From the NCBI GenBank assembly GCA_951406725.2, contig OX597817.1, forward strand, positions 77,872,001 to 77,936,000: DNA of 64,000 nucleotides, read 5' to 3'. This DNA is from Octopus vulgaris (lineage: Eukaryota). Below the pieces are notes generated by a model. That model worked only from the letters and a program-made list of their open reading frames with translations. It was not told where the DNA came from and searched no databases. Position 1 is the first letter of the stretch. Each line of letters starts with the position of its first letter. A program made the position numbers and the translations under genes. Positions 1-12,268 of the stretch are shown here, in pieces.

Positions 1-31
<31 letters not shown>

Positions 32-798
32 TGTATGTATGTATGTATGAATGTATATATGCGTGTATGTATATATGTATGTGTGTATGTCTGTATTTTT
101 GTATGTGTGTGTTTCTATGTGTATGGCTGTATGTATGTATGTATGTATGTATGTATATATGTATGTGTATGTGTGTATAGTTTATGTATGTATGTATATT
201 TCTATGTATCTATGTATGTGTGTGCATATCAATATGTATGTATATGTGTGTATGCATGTATGAATAAATATATATATTCATATACACACATTCATATATA
301 TATATATATATATATATATACCTATGCACATATATATATATTTATACACATACCTTAAGTATATATACACGTATACATAGATATAAATTTGTGTATGTCT
401 ACATGTGACTCCACCTCTGTGTGTTTACGTGCGTATGTTTATATACATATGTAGACATTTATGCACATTCATACATACATGCATATATACATACTCATAT
501 ATGCACTCACACGCACACACCACACTTATGTTTATATTAACGTATACATTTGTTTGTGTATATTTTATGATTATTAGGTTTTGTATATACCCACACTTCT
601 AGAAATGATAATATCAATGATTACGTTTGCACATACATAAAAATGTGTGTACGTATGTGTTTACAAAACCGTTTATATTCATTTGTCTGTATGTTTATGT
701 GTATGCTTATAGTGTGTGTAAAATTATCTATAATATCTATAATATATTTGTATAGTTGAATATTGGTTTGTTTCAGTATAGCTCTTGTTGTGTGAGTG

Positions 799-838
<40 letters not shown>

Positions 839-857
839 CATACATACATACATACAT

Positions 858-918
<61 letters not shown>

Positions 919-1024
919 CGTAGATATATATGCATATACATACATACATATACATACACTCTCATGCCTAACCATTCATACAGCCAGTCAGCCAGTTATA
1001 CATACACACACACACACACACACA
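1..1024. repeat. Compound microsatellite field (TATG)n/(TA)n/(CATA)n/(CA)n
   Basis: Visible tandem di- and tetranucleotide arrays; all ORFs here (MYVC.., IYIY.., HTHT..) are translations of these repeats. Confidence 0.95.
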
Positions 1025-1575
1025 GATGAGTTTAAATATTTGTGTAGAGAGCAAAATGAATGCTGGAATTTCATTCTGTAAATAAAAATTAGGATTTTTA
1101 AAAAAAAAAAAAAGCAATCTATTGTTTTCTAGTTCACAATATATTAGGTACAGATATGGAATATTTCTTTTGAGTTGCTGTTGTTGTTGAAAATGATGAT
1201 GATGATGATGTTGCTATTGTCTATATAATTGAGAGATCATTGTCTTTGTATAACCACAGGATAATCTTAGTGCTGGAGGCAAACCTGTAACACAGAGAAA
1301 GTTGATGAAATAAAAGACTGCAAGGTATGATCCACACATCTCAGTTATGCCTGAGCTATCATGCCACATCCTAGAGTAAGATCATCATCACCTCTACCAC
1401 CACCACCACAACCACAGCTATCATCATCATCATCAAGGGTAACTTTCTAGGTGCAATCTCATGGTCATAACCCTTTTTTTTAAAACCTGAGTGGCACCAC
1501 CGTTGTCTTCATGTGAAAGAATGGTTAATCCAACAAAATGTACTATTTTATATTTTTTCACTCTATTATCATCAT

Positions 1576-1731
1576 AGTGGCTGTGTGGTAAGTAGCTTGC
1601 TTACGAACCACATGGATCCAGGTTCAATCCCACTGTGCGGCACCTTGGGCAAGTGTCCTCTACTATAGCCTCAGGCTGACCAATGCCTTGTGAGAGTATT
1701 TGGTAGACGGAAACTGAAAGAAGCCTGTTGT
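1576..1731 (+). mobile_element. tRNA-derived SINE family A, 5' half
   Basis: gtggctgtgtggtaagtagcttgct...ggttcaatccc (A/B-box-like head)...ggcaccttgggcaagtgt...ggaaactgaaagaagcc; matches the full-length copy at 28202-28592. Confidence 0.85.
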
Positions 1732-1852
1732 ATATATGTATATATGTACTGTATATATATATATGAATATATAATTATAATAAAGGGTTTATTGCAATGA
1801 GTTGCTTAAGCCACATACCGAAAATATTATATATATATATATATATTTATAG

Positions 1853-2068
1853 TTGTTAATCCAAACCAGAAAGCACAAAAAAACACACCAACGCGAGGAC
1901 ATGGAACAAATATAGTATTATTGGATGCTCAGGAAAGGAGGAAAGAAGGAGGGTTTAACGTTTCGAGCGGAGCTCTTTGTCGGAAACATAGGAGAAGGAA
2001 AGATCCAGAGAAGGGAAGACAGAGGGAAAAAAAAATCGCCAACGGTACACACGAGGTCACATTTTGAT
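1853..2068 (-). mobile_element. About 210-bp hammerhead-bearing repeat (PLE pLTR-like / retrozyme-like), family H1
   Basis: Homologous to 25130-25337, 61454-61645, 50180-50362, 15972-16140 and 21300-21492; flanked by (TA)n; degenerate hammerhead at 1953-1987 (minus: GTTT CCGACAA A GAGC TCC GCTC GAAA CG TT AAAC). Confidence 0.7.
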
Positions 2069-2083
2069 ATATATATATATATG

Positions 2084-2137
<54 letters not shown>

Positions 2138-2144
<7 letters not shown>

Positions 2145-2646
2145 ATATTTCGGAATGGTCATATTGCCAGTTTAGCCAATAAAAACACACGCACTATATA
2201 TTTGGTGTTATTTTGCTTCAGTGATATTTATTTTTTACATTAATCTTAATCTTATTTCGGCCAAAGTTCTTTCGTCACACTCCTGTGACCGCATCAGTGG
2301 TCCTTTGTTTTCTTCTCACTTACTTGTGTCTCTCCTTACTAACCGTCAGCCATTTTGTATTTCTATTGTATGTCTTCATTTGCGCATGCTTATATCTCTA
2401 TGTGCGTCTATGTTTATTTAGTGTGTGGGGGGATGTCTGTAATATTTGTATCTTCTGGTTATATACATTCTTGTAATTTGTATTTTGTTTTTGTTGTTGT
2501 TGCTTTTGTTCTAATTTTGTTCATGTGTTTACATCCACCCATTATTATCATTACATATGCTTGTATGTATGTATAACAACAATATTAGTAATAATAATAA
2601 TAAATCTAATCTATAAAAAAAAAAAAAAAAAAAAAAAGAATATACA
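2138..2646 (-). mobile_element. Penelope-like terminal repeat (pLTR-like), left inverted copy
   Basis: 2138-2611 is the exact reverse complement of 3974-4447 (identical ORF translations on opposite strands, coordinate sum 6585); similarity continues through the polyA/polyT to about 2646/3943; lies downstream of the GIY-YIG ORF on the minus strand. Confidence 0.75.
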
Positions 2647-2816
2647 TATACATATATATATATATATACATACACATACATATACATATATATATATACA
2701 TATATACACACATATATACACATATACATATATATACACATATACATACACATAGATATTCATTTCTATTTCTTTAATTACCTGTGTATTTATTATGTTT
2801 GCAGGATCCACTATTG

Positions 2817-3167
2817 TCATATGTTGTGGTGTGCGCTATTGCTCCATTCTAGTTTTCTATTCAGGCTAGGTTTATTTTCTATTATATGTGTAGCTTCTGT
2901 AATTTGTCTAATTGTTGCATCTGTTCTATGTGTGGACAATATCTTAATCTCTATGTTATTGATTGATCCCCCGTGTTCTTGTTCGGCGTGTTGGTACAGA
3001 ATCGATGAGCTTTTACCTTCCTTGAGTTGTCTCCAATGTTCATTCACCCGCTCACCAATGCTTCTTGCAGTTTCCCCTACGTATGTTACTGTCTTGTTAC
3101 TGCATCGTCCCTCTATACATCTTATACTATAGACCACATTTCTGGCTTTACAGTTCGTTTGTATACA
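2817..3167 (-). CDS. GIY-YIG endonuclease domain, C-terminal fragment of a Penelope-like retroelement ORF (5'-truncated)
   Basis: NVVYSIRC...[18 protein letters not shown]...QHAEQEH...[19 protein letters not shown]: GIY/YIG motif pair, catalytic R/E/N and CCHH-like residues typical of PLE endonucleases; no stop or frameshift. The first 8 aa of the listed ORF (3168-3191) come from an unrelated inverted SINE segment. Confidence 0.9.
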   Translation of the reverse strand, partial: CIQTNCKARNVVYSIRCIEGRCSNKTVTYVGETARSIGERVNEHWRQLKEGKSSSILYQHAEQEHGGSINNIEIKILSTHRTDATIRQITEATHIIENKPSLNRKLEWSNSAHHNI

Positions 3168-3494
3168 AACACAGAACATACAAAATGCCACTAAGCATTT
3201 TGTCTGGCATGCTAACGATTCTGCCAGCTTGCCACCTTGTGATATACTCTTTTACGCTTTTACTTGTTTCAGTCATTTGACTGTGGCCATGCTGGAGCAC
3301 CGCCTTTAGTCAAGCAAATCGACCCCAAGGCTTATTCTTTGTAAGCCTAGCACTTATTCTATTGGTCTCTTTTGCCGAACTGCTAAGTTACGAGGACATA
3401 ATTATGGGTATGTAAACACACCAGCATCGGTTGTCAAGCGATGTTGGGGGGACAAACACAGACACACAAACAGATACACACACATACATACATA
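3168..3494 (-). repeat. Inverted duplication of local flank 4573-4899 (SINE A tail plus SINE B head junction)
   Basis: Reverse complement of 4573-4899 (coordinate sum 8067), including a private insertion (ataattatgggtat) and the SINE A/SINE B junction. Confidence 0.92.
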
Positions 3495-3942
3495 CAAGTG
3501 AATGGGTCGCATATGGAGGCACAGCCTATTGCTGCTGTTGTAATCAGCTGGAGCACTGTATAACTGACGAGTGTTTGTTTTCTTTAACAGCCTGTTGAAG
3601 TGAGTTCAGAACATACAAGAAGCAAATCGTATGTTAGGCCGACATCATGTCTTGAGCGGGGAGGGATCAGTTGGTTTGATGCATCTTCTCAACAAATTAG
3701 GGTCATTGGAAAGCAAGACAGGCACCTGAGCACTGCTGTATTGTCTGATTACAGCAGCAGATCAAAATGAAAGTGGAGAGCGGTTAAAAGACGAAGAGAG
3801 AGACAAAGGAAATATCGTCACACGTATTTGGTAAGAACTTGATTACGTTTCAACATTATAAGAACGAGCAACCCCAATAATGTTCCTAAATTAACAAGGA
3901 ACATCACGAGGAATCAAATCTATTGGTTGTTAAATGGAGGTT

Positions 3943-4502
3943 TGTATATTCTTTTTTTTTTTTTTTTTTTCTCGATTAGATTTATTATTATTATTACTAA
4001 TATTGTTGTTATACATACATACAAGCATATGTAATGATAATAATGGGTGGATGTAAACACATGAACAAAATTAGAACAAAAGCAACAACAACAAAAACAA
4101 AATACAAATTACAAGAATGTATATAACCAGAAGATACAAATATTACAGACATCCCCCCACACACTAAATAAACATAGACGCACATAGAGATATAAGCATG
4201 CGCAAATGAAGACATACAATAGAAATACAAAATGGCTGACGGTTAGTAAGGAGAGACACAAGTAAGTGAGAAGAAAACAAAGGACCACTGATGCGGTCAC
4301 AGGAGTGTGACGAAAGAACTTTGGCCGAAATAAGATTAAGATTAATGTAAAAAATAAATATCACTGAAGCAAAATAACACCAAATATATAGTGCGTGTGT
4401 TTTTATTGGCTAAACTGGCAATATGACCATTCCGAAATATAACAATATCTGTTTCAACACACGACTTCACATAAAAAATCTTGCGCAACAAATATTTAAA
4501 CG
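3943..4502 (+). mobile_element. Penelope-like terminal repeat (pLTR-like), right copy with terminal extension
   Basis: Inverted copy of 2138-2646 plus a 55-bp extension (aatatctgtttcaacacacgacttcac...) also seen at 6520-6576; ends in (TA)n; hammerhead-like motif at 4282-4326. Confidence 0.75.
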
Positions 4503-4572
<70 letters not shown>

Positions 4573-4585
<13 letters not shown>

Positions 4586-4821
4586 GTGTGTATCTGTTTG
4601 TGTGTCTGTGTTTGTCCCCCCAACATCGCTTGACAACCGATGCTGGTGTGTTTACATACCCATAATTATGTCCTCGTAACTTAGCAGTTCGGCAAAAGAG
4701 ACCAATAGAATAAGTGCTAGGCTTACAAAGAATAAGCCTTGGGGTCGATTTGCTTGACTAAAGGCGGTGCTCCAGCATGGCCACAGTCAAATGACTGAAA
4801 CAAGTAAAAGCGTAAAAGAGT
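4573..4821 (+). mobile_element. SINE family A, 3' half
   Basis: tttgtccccc...cgcttgacaaccgatgctggtgtg...ggcggtgctccagcatggccacagtcaaatgactgaaacaagtaaaag. Confidence 0.88.
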
Positions 4822-4828
4822 ATATCAC

Positions 4829-5035
4829 AAGGTGGCAAGCTGGCAGAATCGTTAGCATGCCAGACAAAATGCTTAGTGGCATTTTGTATGTTCTGTGTTC
4901 AAATTCTTCCAAGGTCGACTTTGCCTTTCTTCCTTTTGGTGCTTATAAAAGAAGTAATAGTTAAGCATTAGGGTTTATATAATCGACTTACCGCTCTCCT
5001 GAAATTTCTGGCCTAGTGCCAAAAATTGAAACCAA
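4829..5035 (+). mobile_element. tRNA-derived SINE family B
   Basis: aaggtggcaagctggcagaatcgttagca...gttcaaattc..aggtcgactttgccttt...; same family as 29124-29342. Confidence 0.8.
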
Positions 5036-5852
5036 TATAACTATATCAGGTTTCTTCCGATGACCTAACAATACCAGTTTCAGAATAGGAAGCTTGTATC
5101 ATATAACCTGTCTCAGACAGGTTGGGATCAAAATGGAAAGTGGAATAGGGCATTAGGGCAGTTTTATTTGAAAGAAATTTTGCTGCTATTTCTTGCATTT
5201 CGAATAACCCTCATTGCCATCCTTTCTGAAGCCATATCAGTAACTAGTGAAACAATTAATATTGCACAGTGACCCGTCCTTATAAACATATCACAAAACT
5301 GAGATAATAATTCTGCATCTCATAATAATTCAGCTTCAATCATCTTTTCGTGGAATCTAAAAGAATGTTCTTTTGTTACTTCATGGTTCCCTTGGCTTTC
5401 CACTGCACTTTTCTTGTCTCGCTACCACTCAATATTGGTAATTTTCTTTAATTTCCATTGAATATTCTCCACCCTTTCATTTGTTCTTCTTTTCCTTCTT
5501 CCTTTTTTCTTTCTTTCTTTCTTTCGTTGATTCTTTCTGTCTTTTATTTTCTATTTTGCTTTTGTTTATTATTTTTTCATCTATTTTTTTCTTTCTTCCT
5601 TCCTTAGATTTCGTTGAATGAATGAAGATTGCAAATGAAAAGTAATGTTCCACCCCTCCACCACCACAAACACCTCACCCATATATACATACATACATAC
5701 ATACTCATACACACACATATATATATGTATGTGTGTATGTATGAATGTATACATACATGCATGCATATATATATATATATATATATATATTTGCTTATAA
5801 ATAAATATACATGTATGTACATACATACAAGTACATATATATATGGCGAGTG

Positions 5853-5899
<47 letters not shown>

Positions 5900-6143
5900 T
5901 GTGTGTGTATGATCTTGGTGATAAAAGAAATGAACTTTCTTGTCCTTTCCAAAAAAGACATTGTTTGCTCCGTCTAGACGGTTTTAGTGAGCATCTGACT
6001 TCTGGAGGTAAGGTCATGGTTGGCTGGACACGTGTATAGAAAGGTCTTGCTATATGTCTTCATTTATGTGTGTTGGTCAATGTATTTTATTCTAATACAA
6101 GTATGAATGTATATATATATAGATATATATATACACACACATA

Positions 6144-6576
6144 GTTATATTTCGAGATGGTCATTTGTTTTTTTCTTGCCAAATAAGCACACACGTTATA
6201 TATTCATTCAGCACTCATTTATTATTGTTCTTATTTTATCTTATGTCCATTTTCTGGAAATCTTTTGTCACACATCTGTGACCTCTTCAGTGACTCCTCC
6301 TGTCCTGTTTTGTCTATTTAGTCCAAGGCAGAATGGACTAAACAGGACAGGAGGAAATATGTGGGACAGATGAGTCACTGAAGACGTCACAGATGTGTGA
6401 TGAAGGATTACCAGACAATGGACATACTATAAAAGAACAACAACAATAAGCAAACGAAGAATGACTATATAATGCATGTTTATTTGGCAAGAAAAAATAC
6501 AAATGACCAACCTGAAACATAACAATATCTGTTTCAACACATGATTTCACATCAGGAATTTTGCAAAACAAATTTA
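6144..6576. mobile_element. Older fold-back pair of the same pLTR-like family as 3943-4502
   Basis: 6144-6310 is an imperfect inverted copy of about 6340-6524; both arms carry CTGAAGA-N-GTCAC-AGATGT-GTGAY; the 3' end matches 4420-4500. Confidence 0.7.
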
Positions 6577-6876
6577 TCATTATCCAGTGTTTTAAATCCG
6601 GGTTTTGCCCCTGTTAATGGGGGTGGCTGGATCTACCTCAATGCCATAGCATCTGAGGTATGCAGGAGCAGCCCAGCCCAAAGGTTGGGGTGCCCATTCT
6701 CCGTTTTGGAGCTGGTGAGCATGCCCTTGCTTAACCCCAATCTCAATTTCTAGATATGAGTGGCCCTGAGACTAAGGCTTTTACCACAAAATTTGTGGTG
6801 GAAAACTAGCTGAGGAAGGCAGGAACGCTACTCCATGAGACCCCTTTTGGAGTCGACCTACCTATGATGATATATC

Positions 6877-7123
6877 GAGAAAGGAAAGAAAAGGGAAAAT
6901 AAGAAAGCTTCTGACAATGGAGAGAGTTTTATAAAACCTTTATATTTCAGACATAAGGGTTCATCCTCAGAAGAAAATAATCTGGGTAAGAGAACCAGTG
7001 TAACTGGACATTTCCCAGACGGTTTCCTTCTGAGGATGGGTCCTTATGTCTAAAATATAAAGGTTTTGTAAAACTTTCTGCATTGTCAGAAGCTTTCCTA
7101 TTTTCCCCTTTCTTTCCCTTCTC
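6877..7123. repeat. Imperfect fold-back repeat (about 110-bp arms), each arm with a hammerhead-like motif
   Basis: 6877-6985 inverted vs 7013-7123; motifs at 6937-6974 (-) and 7026-7063 (+). Confidence 0.8.
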
Positions 7124-7165
<42 letters not shown>

Positions 7166-7847
7166 AATATTATATATATATATATATACACATTCAATTA
7201 GGATGAAAGGCTAAGCTGACCTTGGTGGAATTTTAACTCAGAATGTAGACAGGTGAAATGCAGTTTAGTACTTTGTCAAGCGTGCTAACAATTCTGCCAG
7301 CTTGCCACCATGATGATGATGATAATGATGATGATGGTTTCAGGTTTTGGTGCAAGGCCCACAGTTTTTGAAGAGAAGGGTTTAGTTACTTGCATTTTAT
7401 GAAAGGCAAAGTCTTTAGCAAATGATCCTATTGAATGCATTCATTCGATCCAGGTTGATCAGAAACCCAGCAAAGCCAGATTTTGTTACCTACCCTATCA
7501 ATGACGTATTGTATGAAACGATAGGAGTCACAGATAGTTCTGTTTGGGATTGCATGGATCTGTGCTTTCCAAATCACATTACTGATGACAAATACATGGT
7601 GAGTTAGCAGAGTTAGTAATATGCTGGACAGCATTTATTCTGGCTTTATATTCTGAGTTCAAATGCTGCCAAGATCCATTTTTTGCATTTTGTCTTTTTG
7701 AGGTTGATGAAATAAGCACCAGTATATCACTGGGATTCATGTAATCAATTGGTCCCCTAGTTAAAATTTCAAACCTTAAATATATAGAAGAAAGGATTAC
7801 TGATGACAAATGTTAGCCCCTTTACTCACACTTTGGCCCAAATCTTA

Positions 7848-8178
7848 GGGTAAAGATCCCCTTTGGTCATGAATGACTATGGGATTACTCCTAGAACATT
7901 GCCCACCAGGGTACAAATCCGGGCAATGTTGTTTATGGAAGACCAGCAGTCACCCATGCATACCAGCCTCCCCTCTCCATGCCACCATGTTACCCAAGGG
8001 TAAAGCAATGACTGATACAGCTTGGCATCAGTGATGTCACAACTCATTTCTACAGCTGATTGTTCTGGAGCACAACATGAAATAAAGTGCCTTGCTCAAG
8101 AACACAACACACACGGAATTGAACTCACTTCTTCAGGTTTGTAAGCCCAATGTTCAAATCCCTGGGCCATGTGCCTTC
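7848..8178 (-). mobile_element. tRNA-derived SINE family D (CORE-like central segment)
   Basis: Minus strand: tRNA-like head, gtgttcttgagcaaggcactttatttca..., ggagaggggaggctggtatgcatggg, tail ...catgaccaaagggg; copies at 10825, 13660, 31435, 46915. Confidence 0.75.
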
Positions 8179-8600
8179 ACATGCATCAAATCTGAAACTC
8201 AGTTATCATTATCAGTTGGAAATCATGTATTACTTTATTTGCATCTTCATTTGATAAACTGGAGTATTCCCATCATAGTACTAAAAATCTCATTCTCCTG
8301 CCAGATGTGAGTGATGTCTACCAAGACATGAAGAAAAATTCTGGTGTAAATATGTCTCTTCATGCAGCAGAACATTCAAGATTTAATTGACTTAATCCGT
8401 TTGTCTGTCCTTGTTTGTCCTCTCAATGTTTAGCCCCTTGTGGCTAGTAAAGAAATAGTTATTTGAGGGAAAGTGGAAATTTACAGGGGAGGCTTTATTC
8501 ATGTCTACCTATCTGTATCACTTGTGCTGGTAATGAAGTTAACACCATTTATTGTGGGAGGAACTTCTACAACGCTTCCCATTTCAAATGCCTTGTATTT

Positions 8601-8933
8601 TTAGTCACATGAATCGATCCCAGTACTTATTTTTTAAACTTATTTTTTAAAATTCTGTCAGTCTTATTTGCCAAACTACTAAGTTATGGGGACATAAACA
8701 CACCAGTATGAGTTGTCAACCAGTGATGGTGGTGGTGGTAGATACATATACATATAAATATATATATATGACAGGCTTCTTTCAGTTTCCATCTACCAAA
8801 CCCACTCACAAGGCTTTGGTCAACCTGAGGCTATAGCAGAAGACACTTGCCCAAGGTGCTACACAATAGGATTGAACCTGGAACCATGTTGTTGAGAAGC
8901 AAGCTTCTTACCACACAGCCATTCCTGCACCTA
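8601..8933 (-). mobile_element. SINE family A (diverged)
   Basis: Reverse complement of the family A head and body. Confidence 0.8.
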
Positions 8934-10179
8934 TATATCTACATCTATTTGTCTATCTTTCCCTCTCTTTCTCTATCACTCTTCCCATATGTGTGTGTGT
9001 GTGTGTGTGTATGGTTTTGTATTTACCTTTCTATTTATCCAATTATTATCTACAATTACCCATAAACATTTTTGGGCTTCATGTAGTTACCTTCTGACTG
9101 TCTGTCCCCTCTTTACAATTTTAGAATAATTATACAAATACATGCTCTCACAACGAACACACATGCATACATATAAAGAGATGGAGAGAGAAAGAGAGAG
9201 AGAGAGGAGAGAGAGGGGTGGAGGGAGGAAAGAAAGAAATAGAGCCTAAAAGGGGAAATGCATATGGTTAGATAGATGTATACATAATACATAATAAAAG
9301 GATTATGCATATATATATATATATATATATAATGTATATATTGATAAAAATGGTCATATATATATATATATATGTAGAGAGAGAGAGAGAGAGAGATGGG
9401 GAGGAGAGAATGAGAGAGAGAGAGAGAAAAAATACAGATAATAGATAGATAGATAGATAGATAGATAGAATATGAGAATATTATATCAAGGGCCAGATAA
9501 ACAACCCTTCACACACATTCACACAATCTACCTATCCCTATCTGTCTCCTCTCTCTGTTTCTGTCCGTCTCTCTTTCCCCCTCTACCCCTCTTTCACTCA
9601 CAAGCACAGACACATAGGTAGATTATCATTCGATTCCTATTTCAAATTTTCATTTTCCAGACAGGGCAAAGGCCTGACATAAGTGGTAATAGCATTTATG
9701 GTAGCAATAATGAGAGAAGAAGTAATAGTAGTAGTAGTAGTAATAATAGTAGTTGTAGTAGTAGTAATTTTGTTGATGTGGTGGTAGTGCAGATGATGAT
9801 GATGAGAATGATGGTGATTCATGGTGTTGATGATGGTGGTGGTTTTTGCTGGTTATAGTAGTAGGGGTAATAAACTTGGTGGTCTTGATAGATTGGTAAT
9901 TAGTCCTAATATTACTTACAGTGGTGGTGGTGGTGGTGGTGATGGTGGTGATGATGCTGGCTTGGCAGAGACAGCAGAGGCAGCAGTGTTGAGAGAGATG
10001 CCCACTCCAACCCCCCTGTTCACTGCCCACCGTTCCTTTCTCATTCTCCAAGACTACTCTGCAATTCAATGCTGTTTTATCCCACACGTCCTTTCATTCT
10101 GTTTCATTCTTTTTCCACAATACCGCCACAACCAAAATGAAAGAACCCTATTGAAGAACAAGATGTAAATAGGAAATAC

Positions 10180-10218
10180 GAGAAGAAGAAGAAGAAGAAA
10201 AGGAAGAAGAAGGAGAAA

Positions 10219-10265
<47 letters not shown>

Positions 10266-10365
10266 GAAGAAGAAGAAGAAGAAGAAGAAGACGACAACGA
10301 CGACGACGACGACAACGACGAAGAAGAAGAAGAAGAAGAAGAAGAAGAAGAAAAAGAAGAAGAAA
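10180..10365. repeat. Compound trinucleotide microsatellite (AAG)n/(AAT)n/(ACG)n
   Basis: Visible arrays. Confidence 0.95.
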
Positions 10366-10824
10366 TACAGTTGCTAAAACTCTTCTTCTGATGAAAGAAG
10401 AATGAATGCGAATATGTTCTGTATAACCCAAGAATATAAAGTTAAATTCTGAATGTTTCTCTCAAAGAATAATCACAATGTTGTCTGCGACCGTTACCAT
10501 CTTATTCATTCCTCTTTTCTACTTTTTATTTTTCTCTTTTGTAATTTTCTTAATAGTTCTGTCTTGTCTATTTTTCTTTTAGCCACAAATAATTTAGCCT
10601 TAAATTTACAATTTCGATCCTCCGGTGCCACAGTCGCAGAGAAATAGCAAATATAGTTGAAAGTTGTAATAAATGACTTGGAATATTTAGTTTGGTGTTG
10701 GGGTGGTGGGGATGAAATTATTCACGTCTACCATTGTTAATCTGGTGTTGAATGAAAACCTCAGCACACCACTGATGGTTAGTTCATGCAAATTGTAGGG
10801 CCTACCTGTCTATGCAGTTCCCAG

Positions 10825-11100
10825 ACTGGCCTGTGTATTGTCCTCTTGAGAAAGACACTTTATTTTATGTTACTCCAGTTCACTCACCTGTAGAAATGAG
10901 TTGCGACATAACTGGTGCCAAGCTGCATCAGTGTTTGTTGTTCCCTTGGACAACATTGGTGGCACGGAGAGGGGAGGCTGGTATGCATGAGTGACTGCTG
11001 GTCTTCAATTAGCAACCTTGCCTGGACTTGTGCCTCAAAGGGTAACTTTCTGTGTATAATCCCATGGTCATTCAACACCAAAGAGGGTCTTTATCCTTTA
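10825..11100 (+). mobile_element. SINE family D (5'-truncated)
   Basis: ttgagaaagacactttattttatgttactccagttcactcacctgtagaaatgagttgcg...gggtctttatcc. Confidence 0.75.
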
Positions 11101-11821
11101 CCTGTCTATCCTGACCAATTGCAGGCTCCTCCTGAGGGCAGGTGGGTTAGTCTTGGCCCAATGATTTTAGGGTAAGCACTTATGTGCAGAGGGCACTGCT
11201 ATACTCTGTCTCATCATGTGGCAGAGCAGCTCTGTAGATGTTTCAAACCCTTCCAGAATAATACTCAAGCTGACTGGGGGCCACCTATTAATAAAGGAGA
11301 CAAAACTCCCATACAACAGTACAAGCTTCATTGAGATAGATGTTTGCAACTCTAGGCCAGATGTTTCTACCATCCTCAATACTCATTCTTGCTTCATTTG
11401 TCCTTTGAACCACATGTGAAATTTGGACTCAGAATTCAAAGAGATGAGCCTAATGCTGTATAACAACATTAGCAATGCAAAAACAATTCTGCCTGAACCA
11501 TTCATCATTGAAATTTAATGTTAATTGTCTTCAAAAGAATGGAAAGCAAAGATATCCTTACAGGAATTTAGAATCATAGCATTCAGACTGAGAATGAATA
11601 CCAGGAATGTTAGTAATTCTATCAGTTTGTGACCTGTGATAATAGCCAAATGGTTAAAAGAATAGAGAACTGGGACAACCACCTACTAAGTCAAGTGTTC
11701 AAGACCAAAGTTGGTATTCCGCTATGATTCTATGCATCGTCTCAGTTCACACTAATTGTTGGGATTTGTGCTTGGTTATTGTCTCTTAAAGGACTTTGAG
11801 GGAGGAATGGTGACCGTTATC

Positions 11822-12268
11822 ATGGACAGGTAGCCATATGCTATTTGTTAATTACTACAGATGTGGACTGATATCCATTTATGGTTTGTTAACACAGAAG
11901 TGGACTTCAGACACAGAAGTGGACAGATGTCCATTTCCTGCTTGTTTCTGGGTACAGGAGTGGTCTTGTGTCTACTTACTGCTTGCTAATGGACACAGGA
12001 GTGGAGAGGTATCTGCTTACTGTTTGTTAATAGATACAAAGGTAGACAAGTAGCTATCTGCTGTTTGTTAACTACTACAGGCGTGGACTGATATCCGTTT
12101 ACAGTTTGTTAATTGGTGGACTTGTCCATTTATTGTTTGTTAATGGATAGATATCTGTTAACTGCTTGTTAATTGATAAAAGAGTAAACTGGTGTTCTCT
12201 TACTGTTTGTTAAGGGACACAGGAGTGAACAGGTATCTGTTTACTGTTTCTGAATAGCTACAGAGGTG
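11822..12268. repeat. Diverged minisatellite, about 41-bp unit
   Basis: Recurrent gtggacaggtatctgtttactgtttgttaatggatacagga-like unit, about 11 copies, with an apparent ~220-bp higher-order period (11822 vs 12042). Confidence 0.75.

Noticed and set aside
2817-3191. GIY-YIG ORF as a host gene or bacterial UvrC/homing endonuclease
   Set aside because: Motif pattern and pLTR/hammerhead context fit a Penelope-like retroelement; its apparent start codon lies in duplicated SINE sequence.
3564-3600. CTGACGA hammerhead-like start
   Set aside because: No properly placed GAAA or stem I; better read as a branch point and acceptor.
6805-6835. CTGAGGA-A-GGC..GCT hammerhead half-core
   Set aside because: No GAAA after the putative stem II, so the core is incomplete.
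11167-11419. Overlapping 67-70 aa ORFs in non-repeat-looking sequence
   Set aside because: No recognisable domain or convincing splice sites.
11822-12268. CRISPR-like array
   Set aside because: Units are contiguous and degenerate with no unique spacers or cas genes; eukaryotic context.
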